Assembly (NCBI GenBank): GCA_013239625.1
Contig: MU054187.1
Coordinates: 22,199,280 to 22,263,279 of the forward strand
Direction of reading: 5' to 3'
DNA length: 64,000 nt
Source of the DNA: Lama guanicoe
Lineage: Eukaryota
Positions within the stretch are counted from its first letter, which is position 1, and every line of letters starts with the position of its first letter. Below are positions 38,005-50,489 of the stretch, one piece after another. The notes under the pieces were generated by a model. The model searched no databases and was not told the origin of the DNA. It worked only from the letters and a program-made list of their open reading frames with translations. Both the position numbers and the translations under genes were made by a program.

Positions 38005-39015
38005 TCTTTTGTTTTGAATTTTATTGTGGTAAGATGAGGTCTATTCTCTTAGCAAATGTTTTATCCTGCATTACATTCCTGTTAGCTGTAAGTACAAGGT
38101 TGTACAGTAGATCTCGGGAATCTTGCTTGACTGAAACTTTACACCAGTTCATTACTAACTCCCCATCTCTGCCTTCCCTCAGCCGCTGGCCACCAACCAT
38201 TCCACTCTTTGATTCTATGAATTTGATCCATTTTAGATACCTCACATAAGTGGAATCCTGCAATGTCTGTTTTTTCTGTGACTGGCTTATTCAATTTAGC
38301 ATAATGGACCAAGTTTCAGCCATGTTGTCGCATACTGCAGAATTCCCTTCTTTTTTAAGGCTGAATAGTATTCCATTGTATGTCTACGCCATGGTTTCTT
38401 ATCCATTCGTCTATCAATGAACACTTAGTTTGCTTCCACATCTTGGCTTTTGTGAATAATGCTGCAGTCTCTCTTGCGGATCTCAATTCAGTTCTTTTGG
38501 ATAAACACTCAGAAGTGAGATTGCTGGATCATACGGTAGTTCTATTTTTAATTTTTTGAGAAGCTGCCGTGTTTTCCACAGTGGCTGAGCTGATTTACAT
38601 TCCCATCAACAATGTACAGGGATTTCCTTTTCTGCACATCCTTACCAACACTTGTTTCGTTGATGACAGATGTGAAGGGATATCTTACTGTGGTTGTGAG
38701 TTGCATTTCCCTGGTACTTAGTAATGTTGGGCACTTTTTTGTGCACCTGTTAGTCATTGTATGTCTTCTTTGGAGAAACATCTATTCAAACCCTTAGCCC
38801 ACTTTTTAAAATCGGATTTTGTTTTTTTTTTTTTACTTTGGAGCTATAGGAGTTCCTTATATATTGGAGATTAACCTCTTACTGGATATATGCCTTACAA
38901 ATATTCTCTCCCATTCTGTAGGCTGCCTTTTTGTGTCACTAATTGTTCCCTTTGCCATGCAGAAGCTTTTTAGTTTGAGGGAGTCCCACTGGTTTATTTT
39001 TATTTTGTTGCCTGC
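38005..39015 (-). mobile_element. L1MA-type fragment (ORF2 end and 3'UTR)
   Basis: TTTTTTAAGGCTGAATAGTATTCCATTGTA, GATTGCTGGATCATACGGTAGTTCTATTTT and GCAGAAGCTTTTTAGTTTGA. Confidence 0.9.
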
Positions 39016-39507
39016 TAAGCTTTTTTGTATGCCCCGTAATTAACAATTTCCACGAATACCTGCAGACTAAAGATGAAATTGACAGACACTTGTAACTGTT
39101 GAGAGTGTTACCCAGTGGTTATTAACACCATACACTGGTCTTAAATATAAATCAGTAATTTCAGGGTAAGTACATTTATTCCCTGTATCTAACCATCCCT
39201 GCCATGTCTTTGATTCATCATTCCCTCATATATTCATCCTTTATTCCTATAATCTTGTATTTTATCTAATTCATCAATTCTTAAGAGATTTTTTCATCTA
39301 CTGTTTCCTACTATTTTTTTCATCTTCCTATTTCCTATTATGTACTACTTACTGTATTAGTCATCTTTTACAGCAGTATATTTTGGAGAATTAATATAGT
39401 TCCTGTATAAACATGGGAAAAATTATAGCTTAAAAAATGTTAAAAGGGAAGGTCACCATTACCCAACAATAACCACATGCTTCCGTGTCTTGGAGTCCTA
39501 GGGTGAC

Positions 39508-39513
39508 TTTATT
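39508..39513 (-). terminator. Candidate poly(A) signal AATAAA of the PSKH2 locus
   Basis: TTTATT on + (AATAAA on -), about 90 nt past the ancestral stop. Position only; other AATAAA hexamers lie further downstream. Confidence 0.35.
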
Positions 39514-39604
39514 GTGATGAAATGGTCTCTACTGACCTAATGCTGTTCAGGAAGTCAATGCAACTGGCTTAAAATTGAATGAAGTGGTTTGAAAGGCCAT
39601 CCAC

Positions 39605-39894
39605 TCACTAAAGTGAAGACAGTGGTGATTCTTCTACCCCTCAGTTTCCCTTGCTCCACATAAACCTTGATTTGTAATAAGACGGCGACTTAGAAGACTG
39701 TGCAGATGCAGGACTCTGAGAGTGAGGAGCTTCTGCATGAGGTTCTGAGAAACGACCTTCTGAAGGTTCTCCGTGCTGGCCCCTGCAGCCATGGCAATCA
39801 CCCAGGGCCGGTCCAGGGCCAGCCCAGCCGACATGCGATGACCAGCCTCCAAAATCAGTAGTTTGTCGATAAAGTCCTTCGCCAAGTGGGAGGG
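39605..39894 (-). pseudogene. PSKH2: PSKH2 pseudogene exon 3 (coding part)
   Basis: Acceptor TTTCTTCTCAG|. Reads PSHLAKDFIDKLLILEAGHRMSAGLALDRPWVIAMAAG...NLMQ, then a frameshift near 39730, then APHSQSPASAQSSKS...MWSKGN*GVEESPLSSL**. Confidence 0.95.
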
Positions 39895-40045
39895 CTGAGA
39901 AGAAATGTAAATAAATAAAATAGAATAAAATAAAATAAAAATACACACACAAAGACACATAGAGAATCATGTTCTTAATTATAAAGATCAATGCTTATCA
40001 AATCCAAAAGACTTCTTCAAATAAGGAATTTGAACACTGTATCAT

Positions 40046-41012
40046 TACAAATGACCAACAGGCACATGAAAAAATGCTCAGTATCACTAATTATCAGAGA
40101 AATGCAAGTCAAAACTACAATGAGGTATGACTTCACACCTGGTCAGAGGGGCCATCATTAAAAAGCCCACAAATGATAAATGCTGGAGAGAGTGTGGAGA
40201 AAAGGGAACCTTCTTACACTGTTGGTGGGAATGCAGTTTGGTACAGCCATTATGGAAAGCAGTATGGAGATTCCACAAAAAACTAAAAATAGACTTACCA
40301 TATGATCCAGCAATCCCACTCCTGGACATATATCCAGAGGGAACTTTAATTCAAAAACATACACGAACCCCAATGTTCATAGCAGCACTATTTACAATAG
40401 CCAAGACATGGAAGCAACCTAAATGTCCACTGAGACATGACTGGATAAAGAAGATGGGGTGTGTGTGTGTGTGTGTATACACATATATATGCATATGTAT
40501 ATATATATATATAATGGAATACTACTAGTGTATTGGGTGTGTATATACACACACAATGGAATACTACTCAGTCATAAAAACAAATGAAATAATGCCACTT
40601 GAAGCAACATGGATGGACCTAGAGATGATCATACTAAGTGAAGTAAGTCAGACAGAGAAAGACAAATATCATGTATCATTTATATGTAGGTGTAAAATAT
40701 GATACAAATGAACTTTATTTACAAAACAGAAACAGACTCATACTCATAGAAAACAAACTTATGGTAACCAAAGGGGAAAGAGTGGAAGGGATAAATTAGG
40801 AGTTTGGGATTAACAGACATACATCACTATATATAAAGTAAACAAAAAGGTCCTACTATATAGCATAGGGAACTATATTCAATATCTTATAATAACCTAT
40901 AATGAAAAAGAATATATGTGTGCATATGCATGTATAACTGAATCACTATGCTGTACCCCAGAAACTAACACAACATTGTAAATCAACCGTACTTCAATTA
41001 AAAAGAAAAAAA
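40046..41012 (+). mobile_element. 5'-truncated L1 in PSKH2 intron 2 (antisense to the gene)
   Basis: ORF2 C-terminal peptide [19 protein letters not shown]...[10 protein letters not shown]...WIKKM, then 3'UTR and A tail. Confidence 0.95.
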
Positions 41013-41973
41013 GAGGCTCTTGACATGAGAATAAGGATGCTTTTAGTTTTCCATTCATAAAGGAAACACTGAAGCTTAAAAGAGGATTGGGTAAAGCTCA
41101 TCCTCAAAAAAAGAAGATAAGAAAAATAACAAAGAATTGAATTGGCCTATGAACTCTAAATCATTGGTTGACCCATTTTTCCACACATAACATACATTTA
41201 GATCTAGTTCCCATATTGTAACCCTCACAAACCATAAAATGAGCAATATAAAAATAATATTAAATCCAGCCATTTCTCAGTTTGTAAAAGCCTTTATGCA
41301 TAGTTCTTTTCTCCTCAACTCCACGAATTCTGTTGATGAGATCAAGGTCAAGCAGTGCGACATAATCAGGGACGCCGACAGCTACTTCCCACTCTGATCA
41401 CCGCCCCTGATGCTGAGGGCAACACCTACACAGTGTAAATGTGATGCACCACTGTTCCGACTCTTACAAATACTCACTGTTTGTGATGGAGTTTAAAAGA
41501 AGACACAGACACCTTCAATTTAAGGTAAGTCACAGAAGAGATGAAGAAAATGATATGCAGAAAATGAAGTATGATTTGAAAGATTCATAATCATTAAAAT
41601 TATTTTCTGTAAAAAAGCTTTTAAAATAAAAATATCATTTAAAAATATTGGGTGCCACTTTTTTTTTTTTTGTAAGTGTAAGTATTTAGGAACTAAATCA
41701 CAGGAATGGGAACCAAATTACTAGAATTACGGCCTAACTGAGATAGGGTGTCATGTTCATTATTGGCATCATGATGGAAAAAGAATGAAAGGGAATTCAA
41801 GTATCCAATCTTCTGCTCTCCTGTTCTTTTTTCTTCCTTAATAACCTGAGTGAAGAAGAAATATAGGAAAGAAAAATAAGAGAAATTAGTGGAGGTAATG
41901 AAATAGAAAGAAACTGGGGTCATGGCTGAGGAGCATAACTATCAGATCTGTTACTTCCAAGGGGTGTATCAGT

Positions 41974-42082
41974 GGGGAGGGTGTAGCTCAGCGGTAGAGC
42001 CCATACTTAGCGTGCACGGGGTCCTGGGTTCAATCCCCAGTGCCTCCATTACAACATAAATAAACCTCCCCCCAAAAAAAAC
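41974..42082 (+). mobile_element. tRNA-derived SINE (Vic-1-like)
   Basis: GGGGAGGGTGTAGCTCAGCGGTAGAGC...GGTTCAATCCCCAG. Confidence 0.9.
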
Positions 42083-42559
42083 ACAGCAGCCAAGGGAGCT
42101 TATCAATATGCTTTTTTCTAACAGTACAACAATCACAGGTGAGTCTAAGCAGTTGGACACCGTCTTCTATTAATGTCCATGTGGGTTATTTTTAAAATAT
42201 GTTTTTAACACCAGTGTTTATCCTTATCAACTAGCTAATATGATTATAAGGCTCGTTTTATTATCAATTTATTTCACACCAAAAAATGTTTCCTGTGATA
42301 TAATGGAATCTAACGAGGCCAGAATATGTGATTCTCAACGCATTGGCAAGAATGTGTAATTTATCGTTAATATGAAAATGCTAATGCTACCCTTTCCTCA
42401 CTATTCCATTTCAAAGGTGAAAAATGTACACTTGATAAGTAAAGTTTATCTATCTACATATATATACGTATAAGCAAAATTCAAACTTAAACAAAATTTT
42501 ACTTAAGAAAATTCAAACTTCCAGTCCCAGTATTTTACATATTAATAGTAATTATAACA

Positions 42560-42975
42560 GAAATAGCTAACATATATTAGCACTATAGTAATAATGTAGT
42601 ACTAATACAGTAATAAGGTAGTAATAATACAGTAATAATGTAGCACTAATATAGTCATAATGTAGTACTAATACAGTAATAATGTAGTACTAATATAGTA
42701 ATAACAGTAATAACTTAGTACTAATTTAGTACTAAGTTAGTAACTAATACTATAAATCTATTCTAAGCACTTTACATCTATTAGCTCCTTTGATCCTCAC
42801 CACACCCCTGTTAGGCGGACATTATCATTACTTCCATTTGACAAAGGAAGAAACTGAGATATAGAAGAATCAAGGAGCACGCCCCAAGTTCACACAGTCA
42901 GCGAATGGCAGAGCCGGGAGTGGAGGGCAGCCAGCATGGCCCCGGACTGTGCTCTTAACCTTCACACTACGCTGC
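42560..42975 (-). mobile_element. MIR SINE interrupted by the minisatellite
   Basis: AATAGCTAACATATATTAGCACT [repeat] TTCTAAGCACTTTACA...GAAACTGAG...CCCAAGTTCACACAG...GGCAGAGCCGGGA. Confidence 0.75.
42587..42750. repeat. Minisatellite with 11-bp units in a 22-bp dimer
   Basis: Alternating AGTAATAATGT / AGTACTAATA(C/T), about 15 monomers. Confidence 0.9.
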
Positions 42976-44071
42976 TTTACAAAAGACTCGTACAAACATG
43001 CGTTCACAGGCACACAAATGCTCTAAAAGTCTTAATTTCTTGTTAGTCAACTTATTCCCTTTTATGTGCTCTTGCATATGCTGTTCTATGTAGAAAGTAC
43101 TCGCCTCCCGTTCAGAAGCTCCTACACTTCCTCCAAGTCACAGCTCACGTGTCCCCTCCTTCAGGAAATCTGACCCAACCTTCCTATGCAGTGAAAGACT
43201 CTCTTTCTTTGCTCCATGGACCTTGAGCCTTTGTTCCTATGTGTCAGAGCCCTTATATTTGAAGAGATGCAGAGTAAAACTTGGTCTCTCAGACAAGACC
43301 AAGAGATCCCTAAGTGCAGGGACACTGAGCATTTTTCACGTGGGTGTTCCCAGAGCTGAGCGTAATTCCTGGCATGAAGAAGGAAGAGGTTCAAATGGTC
43401 TCCAGGAGCATTGTGGATGAGTCCCCAACATGAGCCCTGCCACCTTGCCAAAGCCATTGGGATGGCATTGGTAACCAAGTAGATAAGCCAAGTCCTCGTT
43501 CTCATGGTGGGGAGAAAAGCTTTGCTCTCTCCCACCCCTTTCCCACCATGTGCTGTGTCTTGCATTTCAGGGAGCACCTGGAATGGGGAACACTTACCTC
43601 TATCCTGCAAAACCCAGTAGAGTAGAATAAATGTAGCCTTCAAACCACCTGAATATTCCAGGATGAATCTAATAATTTCATGAATTATCTAATAGTTTGC
43701 CTTACAATAAATTTAAAATTTGTATTCTATATTCAATGCAGTGATAGTTGAGACACATTTACTCATGGAGATACAGATCAGAATCTCAGTATTTTAAAAA
43801 GCAATTTGTTTTTATGAAATGCATTCTCTATGCTTAGCTTTTTGTGATATCTTATTGAGGACGAGTGGAAAAATATGAGAGTCCCAGCCCTCAAGGAGCC
43901 TACAATGTCTTAGAAAGAAGACATACAGATTAAACATCAAAACGAAACAAATTAATGTAACCCTAAGCAGTATTCAGGAAAAAATTTTAAAAAAAAGAAT
44001 AACACAGTGGAATGGTCATTGAAGTTTCATGAAAAAGAATGTATTTCACACCAAAAAATCAACAGAAATTA

Positions 44072-44165
44072 GGGAGTGGGGTATAGCTTCATGGTACAGC
44101 GAAAGTTTAGCATGTGTGAGGTCCTAAATTCAATCCCCAGTACCTCCATTTAAATAAATAAGAAA
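44072..44165 (+). mobile_element. tRNA-derived SINE (Vic-1-like, diverged)
   Basis: GGGGTATAGCT...TTAGCATGTGTGAGGTCCT...TTCAATCCCCAGTACCTCCATT. Confidence 0.85.
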
Positions 44166-44383
44166 AAATTAACACTATAGCTAACTTTTTGCACATACAT
44201 GAGTGGGGCTCCAGTACGGATGTGCCAAGTGTCTAGTAAAATATTTGCTATTTATGTTAAACATACCTCTCCTCTTCACCATCAGCAATATAGAACTTAC
44301 ACCTCTGGATGTTCTCCTCCTATTTATTCCACTTTTCCACCTGCCTTGTAAAGAAAAAAAGTAATTCACATGATGTGTCATAC

Positions 44384-45042
44384 TGTTGCCAGTGGATGCA
44401 ACTGGTGTTCCAGGTTCTTGTCCCGTCCCAGAAAGAATTCAGAGACAAGATGTAGTGGTTAAAAAAGTAAAGTGAGGATTTATTAAAGGATGGATAGTAC
44501 ACTCCCAAGGGGAGAGCGGGCAGGCTCAGGTGAGCAGCTGCCCCGAGTTTCTTTGGCAAGTTGGTTACATAGGGTGTAAAAATGAAGGGACGGAATATTC
44601 ATTGGGGAGGGAAGGGTTTGGGGTCATATTCCCTGATGTTCATATCAACTCCACCTTCCCAAAGGGAGGAGGGATTTTTGTCCTTATTCAGTCTGGATCT
44701 GAACTGTCATGACGTCAGCACATGATGGGTACTTCTGATCTGCAAGGCTAATTTTTATTGAAATGAGGGCATAATGAGCAAAAGGTTACCCTCGGACACT
44801 GGAGATTCTTGCCTTTTCTCACCTTTCTTCGTCAGTTTTCAGGCCACTCATCACCCCAAAAGTTGGGACCCCTTAACAGTCCAAAGGTTCCTGCTTTTCT
44901 CTCTCTGCCCAGGGGCCCCTGGTGCTCACGTGATGTGTGGTTTCCTGTATTTGGCTTGTGCCCCTCCTTTCCACCCAATTCCTGCCATTGGGTCTGTGTC
45001 CCCCTTTCTCTGCTCATATCCAGCTCTCTGCCTGCTCTAACG
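44384..45042 (-). mobile_element. ERV1-class solo LTR in PSKH2 intron 2, sense to the gene
   Basis: Perfect TSD ATAC; AATAAA on the minus strand at 44484-44479; 5' end matches the 3970 LTR. Confidence 0.9.
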
Positions 45043-46429
45043 ATACCTGGAATTTCACTTACAGACAGAAGGACTTTTAAGAAGACAATACAAATTTATT
45101 ACCTTACATGATAAAATGGTCTTTATTTCACAACATCAGGTGTGGGGATGGTTTGTTATGCAGCAACAGATAGCCCAAACAGAAGTATGTGCTCTTTGTA
45201 AACAAAACAAAACAGGAACACAAATAGATGCAAATTACAGAGAAGAAACCAAAATGATCCATAATCCGCAAACCAGAAGATAAATTCTGTTAACAAGGTA
45301 TTGCATCGTATTGTGTTTCCACCACGACTTTTTCCTGCACATGCATTTTCCCACATGATTGTGTTCATACTCCATACACAGTCTGGATTCTGCCTTTTTT
45401 TTTTACCCCCTTCCAGTATATTGGAAACATTTCCCAATACCAGTATAATTTTCAGACATGCATAATTTAGGGACTATCATATGAATGTCTCATAATGTAT
45501 TCAAACATTCTCTGATGATTCGTTTCAATTTTCCAGTTTGGTAGGAAACTCAGATGAGCATCATTAGAATGAAACTTTGCTGCACCTGAGATTATTTCCT
45601 TAGATTCTCAGAAGTGGAATTAGCAGATCAAAATAAGTAAACTTTTTGAAGTTCTAGATGTGTATTTTCAAATTACTTTTCAAGAAATCTACAACTCATC
45701 CCCTCGGAATTATCTACAAGACCGCTAACCTCTTAGCACTTTTAGCAGCGATGAATAGAATTAAGCTGAGTATTTCTTTTATCTTTATCAATTTGAAAGC
45801 CAAAGAAAAGATATTGTCACCTTCATTTGCATTTCTTTGGTCATTAATGAGGCTATTCATTTTTTAAGTTTTTAATAATCAATGACATTCAACTGTCTGG
45901 GAATTCTTCCCACCCTTTCCTACCTCCCTGTGTAAATCTTAGTTCTCAATTACCAATTTGTCTGAGTTTCTTAAAGCATGTACATGTACCGTAAGATAGT
46001 AAATCTGTCAGAGAATAGAAAGTGTGATTTTTCAACTTGTTATGTAGCTTTTAGTTTTACATATAGAAGTCACACTTGAAATATGTATAATCAAACTATC
46101 AATACTTTTCTTTATGAAGGAAAAAAAAAACCCTTTATAGTTAAACATAAATTTGTTCACTTCTTCAACATGAAATAAATTTCCTGTTTTGCCCGGCATC
46201 CCACACATAAGCATTGGCAACTTTCCTTCCCTAAACAAAACAACAAAAAGTTAAACACAATGATCAACACTGGGAGTTCCAAGTTGAAACAGTGGATAAA
46301 TATTTCACGCCAACTGTGAGGTTAAACAATTCACTGAGAAAACACTACGTCCCAAAAAGGGCTTGGCTTGTCAGTGTCATGTGCTAACCACAGACAACTG
46401 AGTCATCGAGGCCCTTGCTACCTTGAAGC

Positions 46430-46678
46430 CAATGGCTCTTTGCCTCACAGGAGACACTTAACAATGTCTGGAGACAATTCTGGTTGTCACAGCAGGGGGG
46501 AGGTGTGTATCTAGTGCATCCATAGATACCAGTATCTACCAGCAGGGTATCTACTGGTACCAGCTGGGTAGAGGCCAGGGATGTTGCTAACATCCTGCAT
46601 CCTCCCTTCTCCCAACCCCACCCCCACTAAAGAATCATCCCGCCCTAAATGGCAATAGTGCTGAGGTCGAGGAATTAT
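46430..46678 (+). mobile_element. MER20-like hAT-Charlie DNA transposon
   Basis: CAATGTCTGGAGACA...TGGTTGTCAC...GGGTAGAGGCCAGGGATG...AATAGTGCTGAGGT. Confidence 0.85.
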
Positions 46679-46715
46679 TCAAGTCCAACTCAGTAGGAAT
46701 AAATTGAGCACTTAC

Positions 46716-47375
46716 CTCTCCCATATAATTATATTTGCCATTCAGAATCTCCCTGTAAAAGCCTCATATGGCTTTCATCATCACAAGGCGGGAATCCGCT
46801 AAAGTGAAACATACCTGATTAATATACCAAGAGCCCACGTGTCAACTGCACCAGGATACGGTTTCCTTAGCAAAACCTCAGGGGCTATGTACTCTGGGGT
46901 CCTGCAGAGTGCCCTCATTGTCCAGGCACCACTTTTGTGCCCAGACTGTGTCAACCAAAATCTGTGATTAAAATTTCTGACTTTGCACCTGGGTGATAAT
47001 ATAAGCGATTTTCAAGCTTTAGGTCTTTGTGAGTTATTCTCAATGCGTGCAAATACCTAATGCCATCAGCAACCATCTGGAGGGTCCTGACAGCATCCTG
47101 CTCTGTAGTGGATCCTTGGGTGAGGAGTCAATCGAAGAGCTCCCCTCCCATGGCCATCAGGCTCCATCACGATGGAAACTCAACCCTGGACCTCAAAGAT
47201 CTCCATGAGCCGGACGCTGTCACGACGGCTAACCCGCCACAGGATGGTGAGCTCAGATTCACACACCACTCTGCCTTCTCTCATTCTGGTTTCCATCACT
47301 TTTATTGCAAAGGGTTTCTTGGTGGTTTTCCGCTCCACCCTGACAGCCTTGCTGATAAGAGCCTTGATATCATAT
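46716..47375 (-). pseudogene. PSKH2: PSKH2 pseudogene exon 2 (most of the kinase domain)
   Basis: Acceptor TTTTCTTCCAACAG|. Across frameshifts it reads YDIKALISKAVRVERKTTKKPFAIKVME...GGELFD*L...[23 protein letters not shown]...ILITDFG...[18 protein letters not shown]...VDTWALG...GKYNYMGE. Donor GAG|GTAAGT. Confidence 0.96.
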
Positions 47376-47597
47376 CTGTTGGAAGAAAAGCCAAATCTGT
47401 TATCCTCTGAAGTGATGATTTTCAAAGTTATCTAATTCAATGTTTTACATCTTTTCTTTTTATTCCCCCATCCACTTTCCTTGTTTATTGTTGTTTAATT
47501 GTGTTTATTAGTTTTGAAAACCACCTCACATCCTCTTTTGAAATGGAAGCACGTGATAGAAAAGCAGTTAGTTAGAAGAAAGACAAACCGCTGTACT

Positions 47598-47780
47598 AAC
47601 AATAGCTACCATGTATTACATATTTGTTATGTGCCAGGAATTTTATCTTTTTTTAAAAAATCCTATCTTATAAGATTCCTGCTGGGTGATATTTAAAAAG
47701 TTAAGTGATTTCCCAAGGCCACTCAGATTGTAGTTGAAGTAGACGAGATCGAAATCCAATCCCTTCAAATGCACTTCTCT
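47598..47780 (-). mobile_element. MIR SINE
   Basis: AATAGCTACCATGTATT...TATGTGCCAGG...GTTAAGTGATTTCCCAAGGCCAC. Confidence 0.6.
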
Positions 47781-48384
47781 AAAATCTCCAAGAAGAATTC
47801 TGGGACCTCCAGCTACCATTTTCTTTCCTTCCTCCAACTCTTGTTTTTTTATTATTCCGCAACAACCACCACCAAACCAGGTGGAGAGAATAAAAAAGAA
47901 GCTTAATCCTGTTTATAGCTTCTCCAAAGAGGGAGGGAACCACATCAGGAGACAGGGTACAAAGAGTGGTCTTCCTCGGGTTACTTGACAGTGAGCGCTC
48001 AGCCCCAGGCACATCTCCCATCTCACCCAAGGTCACTTCTTTGTAGATGCCCACTGAGAAAGTGGACTATTATATACGTAGCACTATATTGTATATGTGC
48101 CGGTGTAAGGGCAGCTTTCAGAAGACTGGTGGGCACAGTGTTAGGATTATCCTGCAGCCTGCAAGCTGTCCATGGTTTACCCCAACCTGAGCAAACAGAA
48201 TTTTAACCTGGGATGTATGTGAGTGATGTATAATTATCTCTCAGGAAGTCCAGGAAGTCAGCTAGGATTTCAAAGGCTAGGGATCTTAAACTTGAATTAT
48301 CCTTGTTAACGTCGATCTAAATTTAAGAATCCTGTCAAAATTTAACTTTCTATCTCTATTCAAGAAATTCTGAGACAATGCCAG

Positions 48385-48555
48385 ACTTAGAATTATGATT
48401 TTACAACTGGAGAGATTGTAAAATGGGAATGACTGAATCCAACCCCTCATTCTACAAATGAAGAAGTTTGAAGATCAGCTTAGCCGATTGGTTAAATTGT
48501 GGACTGAGGATTAGAACCCAGGTCTCCCCGCATCATAATTTGGCGTTTTTCCCAC
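48385..48555 (-). mobile_element. MIR-family SINE fragment
   Basis: TCCAACCCCTCATTCTACAAATGAAGAA...GATTAGAACCCAGGTCTCC. Confidence 0.55.
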
Positions 48556-50489
48556 TTTAATTAAAACTTCTCCCAAGGAAGGATGTCAGTGAATGGAATA
48601 GACTCTGGGAGGACGCTGGGAGAAGGTAATTCTTTGTCACATACTCAGTACTAAAAATTCAAATGCAAGTATCAATCTGTGCTTTAAATAGCCTTATTTT
48701 TTATTGCTGAGTTTTTTCTTCCCATAATTTTTTTTGTATCCTTTTTTATTTCTTATATTCCTGTGCTGACTGAACAAAACTGGCATTTGGCTATCCTGGC
48801 TCACAGAAAACACCTTTGTTCTATACAGTGCATTTAATTTTCTGGCCAGCTAGCAATTTAGTAATCTTAAATGGTTTCTATCTCCTCTTTTCTTTCCAAC
48901 TCTGCTTTTTTCATTCACATGCACTCCCAGTGTGATTTTGAAGATAATCACAGGCATTTCAAATTCTATTGCTTTATGGACCAACCCATTACCTCTTAGC
49001 GTGGATGAAAGCACTTTGCAAATACTAATTTATCATTGTGCCCTCAAAACTGCAGGAAAATTCATTTACTCACGAGATAAATCATCAGCTATCTGACGGA
49101 TTACTGCTTCTGAGGAACTACACTCTCGCTCCAATAAAGGGAGCTTATTCTGTACTGTTAAGGGGCCTTTCTAACCCCAATGTGTGAAAAAATGTGAGTG
49201 ATCTGGCATTGGGGGAAACAGTGGGCTTTCAGCCAACATTTAGAGTAGTGGAAATAAGTGGTTTCACATTGAATAACAAACATCCCATAACAAATTCCTG
49301 AAGCTGCAGCTTTGTGGATGGTGACTCTTTTTATGAGGATGGTGACTATTTTTATGACGTGGGCAGCTGTATCTTGTGCATTTCCTGGCATGGAAGGGAT
49401 AGCAATAAATGTTGAATGAAAGAATCACTCACTAAACACATATTATTTGCAAATTATCTCTTGTATTTTGGAAACGTTAAGGATGGAATGAGGCATGGGA
49501 GAACGCATCTCCAAGGAAGGTCCGCCTCCCCCACTCCCACCCCCTACTCCCCTCTCCCACAAGGCAGCCTCAAAGTCACTTCTGTAGGTCGTGCGATTTT
49601 CCATCATCCCAGAGATGAGAGAAAATGAAATTATTACTGTGACCCCAGCTGCTACAAACTGGGAATTTTTTGAACATGATGAAAAAAAATGAAACATGAA
49701 AACAATAATACTATCACAACCCTGTTTGATAGAAGCAATTGGAATGAGCTCCAAAGAAAGTGAAAATACAGACTTAAAGGTCTGTCACCTGTCTACTGTT
49801 GTGGGATCACAACGGAGAGGAAAGACAGCTATGTTCTAGACACAATCCTGCCACCAATTTGGACAATTCACTCAATCTTCTGGGCTGCAATGCCTCATTG
49901 GCTAAAGAAGAGCCCTGAGTCAGTTTTTAAAGCCCTTTCAATCTTGAGATTTTCTGCTTCCATGACCCTTTGATACCCTAAGGGGCGGGGACTACCCCTG
50001 GGGGGAGGCTATGAGGATGGATAAAGAGGTGGATAACCAGAGGGCCCTGGTTACTGATGACCAGAGACACCACCCAATAAGTTCAATCTTGACAAGACCC
50101 CATGTCCACTGATTCAAGTCCAGCCGGATCAGCTTGGTTCTTCTCTAAGCTTAGCCACAACTGGACGAATCCTCCAGTCATCCGTGTACTGGAAGCTCTG
50201 AGGAGGCCAGGAAATGGCTCTGCATAGATTCCGGCCAGAACACCATGATGAGGTCACCACAGTATCCTAGGACTAGAAGTGTCCCCGAGCAGCCAGGGGA
50301 GCCACCCACCGCTGTGTCCCAGCAAGCAGGGCAGTGTGGAAAGGGACCCTGTGATTTCCTTCCGCTACCTGGCCAACGTGGTGCACTGAGGAAATTACTT
50401 CTCAGGCCAACCAACCTGCTTTCCCTGCTCATTTCTTACCGGTCAGCTAGGTCTTCGTTTTGCCTTAGGAAGACAATAAAAAGAATTGT

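Noticed and set aside
40127..40528. 133-aa ORF (and 18542-18823)
   Set aside because: These are L1 ORF2 C-terminal remnants of truncated elements, not host genes.
42587..42750. CRISPR-like array
   Set aside because: The units are contiguous with no unique spacers, there are no cas genes, and the context is mammalian.
47180..47425. Functional kinase CDS from the ORF track (also 39634-39960)
   Set aside because: These are fragments of the disrupted PSKH2 exons, with starts in intronic sequence and premature stops.
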